From positions 1-64,000 of the IMG/VR virus record IMGVR_UViG_3300021197_001365: a stretch of DNA of 64,000 bases; one strand, written 5' to 3'. Below, one piece after another: positions 43,907 to 55,135 of the stretch (position 1 is its first letter; every line of letters begins with the position of its first letter). The stretch is from a virus. The translations under genes were made by a program, and so were the position numbers. The notes under the pieces are model-generated. The model had not been told where the DNA came from and did no database searches. It saw nothing but the letters and a program-made list of their open reading frames with translations.

Positions 43907-46900
43907 TTATGATAATTTTCCAAGTATTACTCTTGAATTTCCGCTTCCATCTTTTATAATTATCTGTTTATTAGTAGAATCAAGATCTATTGTGCCTCCA
44001 CTACTTCCGGATTCAGTTGATAATGTAATCTTTCCTGAGGTAATTGATGTTGACGCACTAAAGGCCCCCTGTACTTGGCCCGCGGCATTGGCATTTAGAA
44101 CGTTCCCAAGCTGAATAGACCCTGCTGTAATTTCAGTATTTAAATAATTGTTTTCTGAGGTTTGATCTAAAAATAGCCCAGAAGCGCTTAGTTGTGCTTT
44201 AAATTGAGTTGTAAAGCTATTAGTACCTGCAGTACCCGAAGGGTCTCCGTTAAAAATGTCGGCTTCTAGAGCAATACCAGAAGCATTTATTGTATTTTTA
44301 AAAGCACCTACGAGTCTAGTGCTTGAATTGCTTGGGTCTCCATCAAAAATATCTGCTTCAAATACTCCTCCTGCAGCATTGAAAGCACTACTAAAAGCTG
44401 CAGAATAAGAAGTTGCTCCTGTTCCTCCTTGACTTTCGGGCAGGCTTCCAGTTAAAGAAGCGCTACCTAGTGATAAACTACTTAACTTTGCAAAAGTGCC
44501 GAGATTTAAACCATTCGAGCCTTCTAGATCAGTAACACTTAAAGTACCGTTGGAGCCAGGAGTTAGAGATCCTATAGCCAGAAGAGGAGTAGAAATAAAT
44601 CTATCTGCCTGGATAGTTCCTGTTTTAATGGCTGCTCCATTTATTTGTGTTACGCTAGCTTCGCCGGATATTGTACCATTTATATACTTAATAGGATTAT
44701 AAGTAGTACTCCCACTAATTAAGTTATCACCACTAAAAGTTACAAGTCCTGTAAACCCAATACCTTTAATACAATCACTTCCTACACTCGGTGAAGCAGT
44801 TTTATCAACATCATCCCAAGCATTACTTGTGTAATTCCCACTTTCAGAAATTGTTAAATGAAAATAGTAATAGCTTGTTTGACTTCCTGGAGTTGCTGTT
44901 GGGGGAACAGCTCCCCAGCCAGAAGCATATGTAAAAGTACCGTCAGTAAAGTTGGCACTAAAACCAGTTAGTGCTGGAACATCCGGAACATTGCTATCAG
45001 TAACTGCAGTTTGATAGTATACAACTCCAGATACTGTTCTTTGTCCTGGCTCTCCAGTTGTGCTTGTTCCCGGCAGGCCTTGTTTTGCTTTTGAAAATCC
45101 TTGAACTTTTGACGCAGTAAAATTAGTTCCATCTTCAGTCTTACCTGTAACACTAAAAGTTCTTGTAGCAGTATCTGTACTACTTCCAATAGCAGTTGCA
45201 ACTCCAAAAGATACGGAGCCTCCGCTTATATCTGTACTCCCATATGTTGTATCTGCAGTAATACCGCTTGTTGATGCTAATACTGTATATTGACCGTTAC
45301 CAGCAGATGAAGTTACGGGTGTAAGACTTGTAGCTCCTTCACGAACAGTTACAGTACATTGAGAGCCTGAAAAATCACTAACCCCTCCGTCTTTATCCGC
45401 TGTAAGAATAACATTATCATTACTTAAAGATATAGTAATTGCATCTGCTCCTGCAGCGCCATCTTCTACTACTTCAATACTTTCTATATCTGTAAACGTT
45501 GCTCCTTGATAGGAGACCGTACCTGTTACAGTAACTGAAGATGCATTTGCTGCTAAATCTGAAGCTCGAATATATACTACATCGCCTGTGGTAGTTGTAC
45601 TACCGCCAGTTTCTGCTGTATAAAATGTTGCACCACTCCAATTTACTGTTCCGGTAACATTTGTCTTTTTTGCAGTAATTTTGATAGCTGAAGGCTCTAT
45701 TGTTCCATTACTCTGTTTGACAAAAAGTTGATGTTCTGGAGATACACTAAATAAACTTGCCTCTACATATCTTGCAATAAGAACGGGAGTAGACCAGTCT
45801 TGACCATCAGCATTTACTCCACTATCAACACCATCAATTGTAGCAGTAGCTCCAGTTGAAACTGCTGCTGCACTTGTTCTCCAAACATACTGAGTGCTTA
45901 CAGTAGGGCCGGGCATTGTTTCGCTCCAGCCTCGAAGTCCCAGAGAGCCCGAAGGTGTGGATAGCCCTGGAGGATTAAAGGTATAAGTCAAATCTCCAGG
46001 AAGATTCGGTGCAGTATTTTCTGTGTTATTTGCTTGAAAAAGTTCTACAGTTGCGGTGCTAAGTCCATCATCTCCTGTGAATTGAACTGTAGTTGTCCAC
46101 TCTGTATTAACAATATAGTCAAAATTTCCTGTTCCATTTGCAGTTGCTGCAACTATCCATATAGTTCCAGAAGCTCCTGATGCTGCAAAAGCAGCATTTG
46201 CAGTGCTATACCAGCCTTCATCAGCACTGACAGAGCCTCCTGCATAAACTGCATTACTATTATCATCAGTTCCAGTTGGATCAATTAAACCTGTTGCTAA
46301 GTTAACTTTTACTTTGGGAAAACTTGAGGAAGGCTGATTTGGGGCATTAACCGATCTTTTATAAAGAAAAACTTGTCCAACTGTAGTTCCTTTTGTTCCG
46401 TCCTTTACAAGAGAAAAAGTTTGAGTAACCGACATGCTTACAGCAGTTTCTCCTGCAGACATTCCTATAGTAAGTGGATAAGTAATTGCTTCTGTGTTTT
46501 CAAATGGGTCACCTATTTTTCCTTTAAATTTATGGTCGGCTATTATAGCATGGGCTACCTCTCCGGAAGGTGTAGTAGTACTTATAGCACCCACAGTTAT
46601 TCCATTTGCAGTTGCTGAAAGAGCTGTATCTGTAGTAGTAATGCCCGAACTAGGAATAGTAAACTGGCTGCCCGTAGGAACTCCAGAAGCTATATACTGT
46701 AGCTTTGTTGCTCCTTTAAATACTTTTATCTGTGCCCCAGATAAAGGAACAGTACCATCGCTATTATTTATTACGTCTCCATCGCCGTCACACGGAACTA
46801 TATGACTATCATTAATAAAGTTTACTGTTATACCGTTATGGCCAGCACGTAAACCAAGAATATTATCAACATCTTTTGCAAATATTTGGTCTGTTGGAGG

Positions 46901-49900
46901 CTCATTTGTATTTGTACCGCTTGAAGGCGCTGCTGCTGTCCAATTATCTGGCTTCTCTGCAACTTCTACAACTACATTTTTACTGCCACCATTTTTGTTT
47001 GTCCAAGTAAATGCATTATTTGCGTATAGAGTCGTTGGAACAGGCCAGTTAACATTAGCAATATCTCCGCCCGGGTCAAACCAGTCACCATTTTGATATG
47101 CATCTGCTCTAACTACTGCGCCACCTACCTTGAATCGAAAGATAGGATCTGCGAACCCAGGAGAGGCTGTGCCTGTAAGTCGTATTTTTCCAGATCCTGA
47201 ACTAGAAGGAGTAAAAGCAGGATTTGTTCCATTTTGATCATAAAGAACATCATAATCTGAAAGCTCTATTAAGACCGAACGGCTTCCTTCCCCTGCTGCA
47301 ACATCACCAACTTTTGCCAGTGTTATTGTTTCAGTAACTGTTTTATCCCCGTCTCCTTGATCTTCTTTTTCAATTACTTGTACTCTTATTTGTATTGCGT
47401 CGGCGTCATCAAAAGGAAGTGTATTAGTTCCATTCCAAATATCTGCTTTGAATGTAAATAAGCCTGCAGTTGGATTTTGAAAAGAAGTATCTTCAGCTCG
47501 TAAAGGCATAGGAGACCCCGAAGGCTCCGTATTATTATAGTCAACTTTAAATAGAGGATCATCAAATCCAATTGCAGTAGCAATTAATTCTAACTTTGGA
47601 GGAGCTAAGATTAATTCTTCATCTGGATTATATTGTAAAAAAGACTCATTTAAATCAAGAAGAATAGCTCTATCCCCTTGAAGGCTAGGATCAATAGTTA
47701 GAAAACTTTGAAATCTAAAATTTCCTGTACCATTAGTTGTAGTATTTGCAAGTCTACCTAATATAACATCTTTTCTAAAATCCGGAGCATAGTTTTGAAC
47801 CCACAATTGAAGAGCTTCAGGATCGCCATTGTTATCCAAAGCGCCCGGAGGCAAAGTTACTTTTCTGTCCAAAAATAATTCAGTAGCATTTTTTACATAG
47901 GCAACCCTAGCTGCAGTTACTACTAAATGAATTGTTACATTTGGATTTTCAGTTACTATAGCTTCTTCTACTGTGATAGAAGTTGTACTAGGTATGCTAG
48001 CTACATGAAATCGTCCAGTATTTTTTCCCGTTGTGGAGGAGATTTCTATAACAGAACCAATTTGTAAGTCAGCTACTGTACTCGTAGCTAAACTAGAAAT
48101 AGTTTTAGTTCCAGAAGTAAAAGCAGTTGTTCCACTTTGAAGTTGTTTTGCAAAAATTATTTTATTTAAATTATTTAAATCAGTAAAAGAATAGCTACCA
48201 GAGTCACGAGTTACTTTATTACTTCCGTCTACGAATTTTATTGTTGCGGATGTATTAGTCCAGTACTTAGATAACCCAGTATTTGAACTATCCATAAAAT
48301 GTTTTATATCATACCAGTAAAAAATTGCTAAATCTGCATCATATTTTGCATGAAGTAAACGAAAAGCAGGAGTTGAAGCAGAACTATCACTAGCTGTACT
48401 GTGGTCTAGTACTACTTCAGCATATCTACTGTTAGTTGTGATAACTCCTGGCCATGTTTTACTGCGTAATATATTTACATCAAAAATAGTATTTGCGTCA
48501 AGAGTTACTGCTTCCTCTCTTCTAGAACGGCTGGGCGCGAGTACAGGATTTGTATCTTCTCTAAACTTTAGAATTCCTCCACGATAGTCTTTCCAAGTAC
48601 TAATATCCGTGGGGGTACCCTCAGTAGGTAAATAATAGTATGCACCCCCTGTTATAACAATATCTTTGACTTTGTATCCATCATCATTACTACCGGAAAC
48701 AAACCCTCCAATACTCGAGTCAAATACCCCTCTAAAGTTTCCAGTTGCTTCAGTCTCATTTGTTACAAATGGAATACTTGAAGCCAACCCTTCTGTTTGT
48801 ATTCCCTTATTTCTATTTACACTGTCATCAAAAGGGTCTTCAACTACATATCGAGAAGAAGTCCATGCAGACTTATGCTGAGATACGGAAATAGCTCGTA
48901 TTCGGAACATATATGTTCCATCGGGTACATCTCGTAAAGAAAAACGTCTTGCATTTTTCCCTAGATTGAACGTATTTTCTCTATCAGGAACTGTATGTAA
49001 AATTTCGAAACTATCTAAGAACCTGCTTATAGGATTGCCGCTTGCATCAAATTCAGGGTATTCCCACTCGATTATAATTTCTTCATTAGGTCTAGAGGCA
49101 TTAGAGTTTTGAAGAATAAATACATTTGTAGGAGCAGGAACTATTTGGGGTTCCGGAGCATAAACATCGTCAGGAATATCCAGTATTGCATCAGGATCAT
49201 CAATAAAAGCATATTTATTATTTAAATGCTCTACTGCAGAAATGCTATATACATTTTTTGCATCTTGTGCAATACCTAAAATCTTATATAGATCAGGGGA
49301 AGATTTACTTGGTAGGCCGCCATCTGTTGCCGTTTCTTCAAGCATCCAAATAGAGCTAGGATCTGGAAGTGTATCGAAAGTGCCATCAACCGTTATTTGT
49401 GTTTTTCCAGCGGTTACAGTAAAACTACTTACTGTTTTTGTTTCTACAAAAGAGTCTTTCTTCCAGTTAAGTTCAATTAACTGACCGCCTGTTTCTTCTG
49501 TATATGCATTTGCAGCTTTTTCTTTAGTGTCTATTACTCCAAGAGTTCTGCTTCCTGAAGAAGTATCTCTTACCCATGCTTTTAGTATTCTCTCCCCTCT
49601 TGTTAAAATTTGGTTATCACTACTGCTTCCTGAGCCATGATCAACAGTAATACTATCTTCACCAAGATAGTAAGCAGCAGGTTCTGTTATAAGAATATTT
49701 AATTTATAATCAAAAGTTGTAGTATCTAGAGTAACTTCTCGATCTAAAGTAACAACATGATTTCCAGAAGTAGTAGTTGCTGAAGAAGTACGACCACTTA
49801 AAGATTTACCATAACGTGCGGCATCCTGTACTTCAATTATATCTCCGGGCTTTAGAAATAAACCTTCAAAAGAAGTTTTAAATGAGACAATTTCAGTTTG

Positions 49901-52384
49901 TCCTTGGGCAGTAAATAGTTTCCATTTTCCATATCTTCGTGCCTGCCCTTCTGAAGTAACTCCAAAAGCAACAGCATTTTCTTTTATAATTCTTCCAGAA
50001 GATACAATAGCGTCTCTATCTTCTACAATAAGAGGCACTTTTTCATACCCAATTTCTGGATTGTTCCAAGTGACTACAACTTGATTTGTTCTTGTTTTTT
50101 GACCGGTGCTCTCATACACAAACTGTCCATCGACAACATTTGCCTGAGAAAAACTGTAAACAGGGTCGCCAGGAGCATCCATTATTGTAGTTAACTGTCC
50201 ATCCATCCAATAAACTAAAGAAGTAAAAACTGTTGCCATATCTTTTACAACTTTGTAAACATCAGTAGCTTTTGAAAGGTATAAGTTAGCTGTAAAACGA
50301 GGTTCAAAGCCCCCTTTTCCATCGGGTACTAGCTCATCACAATATTTTGATACTCGATATAGAGAATATATATCTATATCTGATGTTTTTACCCAGTCTC
50401 CTGCCCCGAATCGATCATTTGTAATAATATCTAAAAAGATCCATACAGGGTTATTTGTATAATAAAGTTCTTCAGTTAAATTACCGTTCCAAAATTCCGG
50501 ATAGGTAGGCACACTATAACTTGCACTAGTTCCTGCATCATTTGTTTTAGATTCTGTAATTCCTGAGTGCTCTCGAGGTTTGTATCCTTGAGGAACTTTT
50601 ACTTTCATTCCTCTCATTTCATAGCTTCTTTTTGGAACACTAGAGTACTCACGAGAGTCTAAAAATAGACCAGCATGTGCCGTATAAGGGTAAGAAAACT
50701 TATCTTTATTTATCGCAACTAAGTTTGAAATTTGGGAAGTTGTATCGCCTTGATCTGAATCATAATCAGGAAAGTGATCCCCCCCTCCTTCCATTATGCC
50801 TCGACCTTTATGACGAGTCAAGCGAAAAATTTGTATTTTAAAGTCTACAAAAGGTTTAATAAAAGATAAATCAATATAGTGCTCGAAAGAAACTGCACTT
50901 TTATCTTTTCCTCGATGCTCGATAGTAGGTTGTCCAGCACCTTGGGGCGTTTTAAAAACAGCTTTATAGTTTTCAAATGAAGTGGCTCCAGGAGCTTTTC
51001 TTGCAATTCGAAATAAATAAACTGCATGATTCTGAATTTCATCTCCATTCTGCTTTTTAATTGCTTGAAACTGTCCGTATTGTATAGAAATACGAACTTC
51101 ATCAAGAGTTGGAACTACACTATCTAGACTTCCGAACATGCTGGCATTAATTTCAATAGGAGTAACTGCACCTTCCGTATCTATCGTTTGGCCTTCTGGG
51201 TAGTCTGAGGTAGAAAATCCATAAAGGTTGGAACCGTCCGGTTTAGTACGTAACTTATCATTTGGATTAGCCGTATCCCAAGAGGTATAATTTATCTGTT
51301 TTAATAAATTTGTAGGTAAAGCACCGGTATTTGCAGTATATGAAGCACCCCCTCCCACGCCATTTAATTCTGTGATTGCATCTTGATATGCATAACCGCC
51401 TCGAAACTGCGCTACAAAATTATTTGATTGTGGCGGATTATCGACCTCAACATCGTCAGCACTGCCTGGCTTAGACCCAGACAGAGTAAAGCAGTAAGTG
51501 CCGGCGCCTGCAGTAGGTCCATGTTCAATAGTAATTTTATTAGTAACAACATTAAAACTACTAATTTTTATAGCTTCTAATACTTGTACTTTATAGGGGC
51601 GTGCAGCTAAGTTATTATTCCAAGGATTATACGCATTTAAATCGGTGGGACTAAACTTAAGAGTAGTGCCAGAAATCCAGTGACCGTCTCCTACATACAT
51701 TATATCATTTGTAACAGGGTGAGCAAGTACAATAAAACGATCTTCAATTAAAGGCGGAGAGCTTATTTCAAACGCAAAAGTACCCGATAATCCACTATTT
51801 CCTGAAGGGGAAACAGAAATTGAAGTTACTGAACCTCCTGTGAGTGCGGCTGTTGCAGTAACGTTTTCAACAACGGTACTTACACCTGCTGTAACTTTAA
51901 GAACTTTCACACTTGGAGCAGTTGTATATCCAGTGCCTCCATTTGTTATGCTTGGAGTTTCTAAACTTCCCACTATAACTTGATTACCTGCAGTTGCCGT
52001 TTGATTAAATGTTCGATAAACTTCACTAAAATTGCTTGCGCCTGTAATTTCTAATGTTTTAGTTGAATAGTCATAAGTTGCTGAAGACTTTGTAATACCT
52101 TCATTTCTTATAAGTAAAAAATTATCATTTTTTGGAATACCCGCATTCTCAGAAAAAGAAAGGGGTAAAGCAGGAGTTATACTATCACCCTCAGTATCGC
52201 TACTACCAGCAAAATTTATTTTAGCATTTATAGGAGTCCAAGGAGCATCAGGATCTAAATCTTGTACACGTTGACCATTAAGAAATATGGAAGAATCTCC
52301 GTAAACAAGACCCTCAACGGGGCCTTCACAAATTGCATCGTGAATAAAAATATGTTGTTGATTACTTTTTATGGGCGTAGCCAT
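43907..52384 (-). CDS. Tail tip/central fibre protein (lambda gpJ-like), 2825 aa
   Basis: ICEGPVEGL, YPYTA, NNPVWIFLD, YCDELVPDGKGGFEPRF, FGVTSEGQARRYGKW, C-terminal RVILGKL. Confidence 0.92.
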   Translation of the reverse strand: MATPIKSNQQHIFIHDAICEGPVEGLVYGDSSIFLNGQRVQDLDPDAPWTPINAKINFAGSSDTEGDSITPALPLSFSENAGIPKNDNFLLIRNEGITKSSATYDYSTKTLEITGASNFSEVYRTFNQTATAGNQVIVGSLETPSITNGGTGYTTAPSVKVLKVTAGVSTVVENVTATAALTGGSVTSISVSPSGNSGLSGTFAFEISSPPLIEDRFIVLAHPVTNDIMYVGDGHWISGTTLKFSPTDLNAYNPWNNNLAARPYKVQVLEAIKISSFNVVTNKITIEHGPTAGAGTYCFTLSGSKPGSADDVEVDNPPQSNNFVAQFRGGYAYQDAITELNGVGGGASYTANTGALPTNLLKQINYTSWDTANPNDKLRTKPDGSNLYGFSTSDYPEGQTIDTEGAVTPIEINASMFGSLDSVVPTLDEVRISIQYGQFQAIKKQNGDEIQNHAVYLFRIARKAPGATSFENYKAVFKTPQGAGQPTIEHRGKDKSAVSFEHYIDLSFIKPFVDFKIQIFRLTRHKGRGIMEGGGDHFPDYDSDQGDTTSQISNLVAINKDKFSYPYTAHAGLFLDSREYSSVPKRSYEMRGMKVKVPQGYKPREHSGITESKTNDAGTSASYSVPTYPEFWNGNLTEELYYTNNPVWIFLDIITNDRFGAGDWVKTSDIDIYSLYRVSKYCDELVPDGKGGFEPRFTANLYLSKATDVYKVVKDMATVFTSLVYWMDGQLTTIMDAPGDPVYSFSQANVVDGQFVYESTGQKTRTNQVVVTWNNPEIGYEKVPLIVEDRDAIVSSGRIIKENAVAFGVTSEGQARRYGKWKLFTAQGQTEIVSFKTSFEGLFLKPGDIIEVQDAARYGKSLSGRTSSATTTSGNHVVTLDREVTLDTTTFDYKLNILITEPAAYYLGEDSITVDHGSGSSSDNQILTRGERILKAWVRDTSSGSRTLGVIDTKEKAANAYTEETGGQLIELNWKKDSFVETKTVSSFTVTAGKTQITVDGTFDTLPDPSSIWMLEETATDGGLPSKSSPDLYKILGIAQDAKNVYSISAVEHLNNKYAFIDDPDAILDIPDDVYAPEPQIVPAPTNVFILQNSNASRPNEEIIIEWEYPEFDASGNPISRFLDSFEILHTVPDRENTFNLGKNARRFSLRDVPDGTYMFRIRAISVSQHKSAWTSSRYVVEDPFDDSVNRNKGIQTEGLASSIPFVTNETEATGNFRGVFDSSIGGFVSGSNDDGYKVKDIVITGGAYYYLPTEGTPTDISTWKDYRGGILKFREDTNPVLAPSRSRREEAVTLDANTIFDVNILRSKTWPGVITTNSRYAEVVLDHSTASDSSASTPAFRLLHAKYDADLAIFYWYDIKHFMDSSNTGLSKYWTNTSATIKFVDGSNKVTRDSGSYSFTDLNNLNKIIFAKQLQSGTTAFTSGTKTISSLATSTVADLQIGSVIEISSTTGKNTGRFHVASIPSTTSITVEEAIVTENPNVTIHLVVTAARVAYVKNATELFLDRKVTLPPGALDNNGDPEALQLWVQNYAPDFRKDVILGRLANTTTNGTGNFRFQSFLTIDPSLQGDRAILLDLNESFLQYNPDEELILAPPKLELIATAIGFDDPLFKVDYNNTEPSGSPMPLRAEDTSFQNPTAGLFTFKADIWNGTNTLPFDDADAIQIRVQVIEKEDQGDGDKTVTETITLAKVGDVAAGEGSRSVLIELSDYDVLYDQNGTNPAFTPSSSGSGKIRLTGTASPGFADPIFRFKVGGAVVRADAYQNGDWFDPGGDIANVNWPVPTTLYANNAFTWTNKNGGSKNVVVEVAEKPDNWTAAAPSSGTNTNEPPTDQIFAKDVDNILGLRAGHNGITVNFINDSHIVPCDGDGDVINNSDGTVPLSGAQIKVFKGATKLQYIASGVPTGSQFTIPSSGITTTDTALSATANGITVGAISTTTPSGEVAHAIIADHKFKGKIGDPFENTEAITYPLTIGMSAGETAVSMSVTQTFSLVKDGTKGTTVGQVFLYKRSVNAPNQPSSSFPKVKVNLATGLIDPTGTDDNSNAVYAGGSVSADEGWYSTANAAFAASGASGTIWIVAATANGTGNFDYIVNTEWTTTVQFTGDDGLSTATVELFQANNTENTAPNLPGDLTYTFNPPGLSTPSGSLGLRGWSETMPGPTVSTQYVWRTSAAAVSTGATATIDGVDSGVNADGQDWSTPVLIARYVEASLFSVSPEHQLFVKQSNGTIEPSAIKITAKKTNVTGTVNWSGATFYTAETGGSTTTTGDVVYIRASDLAANASSVTVTGTVSYQGATFTDIESIEVVEDGAAGADAITISLSNDNVILTADKDGGVSDFSGSQCTVTVREGATSLTPVTSSAGNGQYTVLASTSGITADTTYGSTDISGGSVSFGVATAIGSSTDTATRTFSVTGKTEDGTNFTASKVQGFSKAKQGLPGTSTTGEPGQRTVSGVVYYQTAVTDSNVPDVPALTGFSANFTDGTFTYASGWGAVPPTATPGSQTSYYYFHLTISESGNYTSNAWDDVDKTASPSVGSDCIKGIGFTGLVTFSGDNLISGSTTYNPIKYINGTISGEASVTQINGAAIKTGTIQADRFISTPLLAIGSLTPGSNGTLSVTDLEGSNGLNLGTFAKLSSLSLGSASLTGSLPESQGGTGATSYSAAFSSAFNAAGGVFEADIFDGDPSNSSTRLVGAFKNTINASGIALEADIFNGDPSGTAGTNSFTTQFKAQLSASGLFLDQTSENNYLNTEITAGSIQLGNVLNANAAGQVQGAFSASTSITSGKITLSTESGSSGGTIDLDSTNKQIIIKDGSGNSRVILGKLS

Positions 52385-52397
52385 TTATATCTTCCTA

Positions 52398-53132
52398 TTA
52401 AAAGTGGAACGTTTGATTGTAATACGGACCTCGTCCTCCCCAATATGGTGAATATCCCCCATTTGAGTAATAGTTACTGTAAACATTGTTTTTATTTCTT
52501 AGTTCAAATCCAATTGGTCTACCTGGTACTCGTAGCTCTCCATAAACAACCGGAACAGGATCCCCCTCTAAAATTGTTTGCTCAGATCCTTTAAATAAGT
52601 AAGTGCTTTCGGGAGTGTTTTCGGGTATATCCATTGAAGGGTCGGGAGCCATTAACTGTTGAATACCTGTTAGTGCTAAATTTACTGCGACGCCTAGTGC
52701 CATCAATCCGAAAGTACCAGTTGCCAACATGGCGCTTCCGAATGTGACCGCCGTAGGCGCCATGCCCAAGCTGACCGCCGCCGCATTTTGTAAAGCTAAA
52801 ATTTGTCCTCCTGTAAAATAAATTGCAGCTACAATTAGAACCGCAGCTAAAATTTTACCAAAAGCACTTTTTGAGCCTGCAGGTTGAGGAGATATAAATA
52901 CATCTCCTTCTCCTATTTTTAAAAGTAACTCTTCATCCTTTTCTAAAGACTTTTCTCCGACTTTGCAAATAAAACCCACATCTTTTTCATGACAGTTAAT
53001 TAAAAACTTATGAAGTTCTGGAAAGTTAGCATTTAAGCATCTCCAAACATCTGCAACGGATTCTGCATAAATAGTAAACTCTGAACCAAACTTTTCTGCA
53101 AGTGATCCTTGTAAATATACTTTACGCTCCAT
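52398..53132 (-). CDS. Tail assembly protein (lambda gpI-like)
   Basis: VYLQGSLAEKFG..PAGS..EGDPVPVVYGE. Confidence 0.88.
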   Translation of the reverse strand: MERKVYLQGSLAEKFGSEFTIYAESVADVWRCLNANFPELHKFLINCHEKDVGFICKVGEKSLEKDEELLLKIGEGDVFISPQPAGSKSAFGKILAAVLIVAAIYFTGGQILALQNAAAVSLGMAPTAVTFGSAMLATGTFGLMALGVAVNLALTGIQQLMAPDPSMDIPENTPESTYLFKGSEQTILEGDPVPVVYGELRVPGRPIGFELRNKNNVYSNYYSNGGYSPYWGGRGPYYNQTFHF

Positions 53133-53814
53133 ATCTATAAACTCCTACTAATGCTTTCATCCAAAATCTATTTAAAGGCTCTCTACAAGATAATCTGTTT
53201 TCTGCATGATGAAAAAAATTGTTATCACCAATATACACTCCACAATGATCCGGCACATCATGTTTTACTTTAAAAATTAAAACATCGTTTTTTTGAACAT
53301 CTTCCATAGAAACTTTTTTACCACCCCACTTTTCTATAATTTGATCTGAAAAATAATCAATATTCTTATCCCACCAATTATCTTCAAAAGGAACTCTAGG
53401 GGGTATTTCTATATTTTTTGATTTTAAGTAATCTCTCATAGCTTCGAAACAGTCTCTTACACCAAATTCATATTCACGACCAATTAAAGGATAACTTTTC
53501 TGTTCTGGCTCTAAAATACATAAATCCATTTCAGGATAGCTAAAAATCCAGTAAGGTATTCCTAATGCATTACAATTATTTATATCTGCTTGACTTGGTT
53601 CATTACTTGCATCTGGATGATTATGTACAACTGCAAATATGTCACACTGCTTTACTATTTCAAAATATTCATCTGATGATAGTATAAAGTCATCTTCATT
53701 TTCTGCTACATTTGTACAAGGAAACCATTTCTTCTCTCCTCTTATAATTCCAATAATGCCACAGGCTTCCCTGGGATATGATGCTTCAAAATGTTGTTGT
53801 ATTTCTTCAATCAT
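53122..53814 (-). CDS. Tail assembly protein (lambda gpK-like; JAB plus NlpC/P60)
   Basis: PREACG, HNHP..PSQAD, GVRDCF, HCGVYIG..HH. Confidence 0.92.
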   Translation of the reverse strand: MIEEIQQHFEASYPREACGIIGIIRGEKKWFPCTNVAENEDDFILSSDEYFEIVKQCDIFAVVHNHPDASNEPSQADINNCNALGIPYWIFSYPEMDLCILEPEQKSYPLIGREYEFGVRDCFEAMRDYLKSKNIEIPPRVPFEDNWWDKNIDYFSDQIIEKWGGKKVSMEDVQKNDVLIFKVKHDVPDHCGVYIGDNNFFHHAENRLSCREPLNRFWMKALVGVYRYGA

Positions 53815-55130
53815 TATTTAAACTTACGACTTCCAGGAAATCCTCCAAAAGGTAATGAACGATCTGTATTTTGATGAACCGCATTCGAACTTGCAGAAGT
53901 TTTAGGATGAAATCTACACTTACAAGATTGTATAGTTTTTCCACAAACATCGTTTGCTTGTGTAGTAGGACTATTATCTATATCAAACCAAGGACCTAAT
54001 CCCCAAGTTCCGGGATGCGCTATATTGTCGTCTGCAACAGAAGCCCCTGCTCCCGCATTTATCGGATCTCCAGTAACATAATATGTTTGTCCTCCGCTTG
54101 TAACTACGTCATTCGCGGCATATGGAATACTTGGGGTTTGGTCAAAAGCTCCTCGAATTGTATACCCCTTCCAGTCTTCCCATGTTCCGGGATGTGCGTT
54201 ATTATCTGCTGTTATAGAGCTTTCATCTCCCGCATTTGCCGGGTCTCCAACAAGGCGATATCTATTGCGACTAAAGTACCCTGCAAATCCACCCCCGCCT
54301 TGTCTAACTATAGCATTAGCAGAATAAGTAGTTCCTTGAGTAAAATTCCCTACAAAATCATACCCTTGAGAGACCCAAGGACACCCCGATTTTACAGAAC
54401 CTGCTGCAGCTCCTTTGTATTCCCAAGGACAATATTTTCCTATAACATATCGATTCGGAATTTGCAAACCCTGAACATCCAAAGGATTTGCTAATTCAAA
54501 TTCTACTAATATGCTAGTTTCTCCAGCTACTCTATCAAGCACAAATTTTTGTTCTGGGAACTCTATTGGAGCAGGAGCATTAAGTACATGATAACTTCCC
54601 GAAGTACCCGTTTTCGTAGCATGATCATATGGGTACCATCTTACTGTCCCTAGATCATTAGCCCGTATAAAAGTATTTTTTAATAGAGTTTTTCTATATG
54701 TTACTAAAGAGCCTAAAACATCTTCATTTTTTGAAATATTTAACCCTTGAAGAATGGCATCAATATTTGTTTCATCTTCTTTAGCGTCCCCTGTCGAAGG
54801 TGTTAAAGTACTATCATAGTCAGATACTCTTGCAATCGAAGCAACATTTGCAACACTTAAACTAGGTCGAGAAGCTGCCCCTGCATTATCAACTGAAATT
54901 CCATCTATTTGTATAGGACAAGCTAAATATTGTGCCCAAATTGTTGATCCCCCGGTTTCATAAGGCATCCAGAGATTAAACTCATTGGGATCTTCTAATC
55001 CATTCGTTAAATGAAGTATCTCTGTTTGAGTAGCTCCATTTGAATCTTTATATTTTAGTTCTACATCAAACAACTCAATAAACGCATCGTCTAAAGCTGT
55101 TTTTTGTACTGTGTCAATTAAGTCTACCAT
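53814..55130 (-). CDS. Minor tail protein (lambda gpL-like) with insertions
   Basis: EFELANPLD..IPNR..CPWEY..GCP..DVCGK..SCKCRF..LPFGGFPG. Confidence 0.9.
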   Translation of the reverse strand: MVDLIDTVQKTALDDAFIELFDVELKYKDSNGATQTEILHLTNGLEDPNEFNLWMPYETGGSTIWAQYLACPIQIDGISVDNAGAASRPSLSVANVASIARVSDYDSTLTPSTGDAKEDETNIDAILQGLNISKNEDVLGSLVTYRKTLLKNTFIRANDLGTVRWYPYDHATKTGTSGSYHVLNAPAPIEFPEQKFVLDRVAGETSILVEFELANPLDVQGLQIPNRYVIGKYCPWEYKGAAAGSVKSGCPWVSQGYDFVGNFTQGTTYSANAIVRQGGGGFAGYFSRNRYRLVGDPANAGDESSITADNNAHPGTWEDWKGYTIRGAFDQTPSIPYAANDVVTSGGQTYYVTGDPINAGAGASVADDNIAHPGTWGLGPWFDIDNSPTTQANDVCGKTIQSCKCRFHPKTSASSNAVHQNTDRSLPFGGFPGSRKFK

Positions 55131-55135
55131 CTTAT

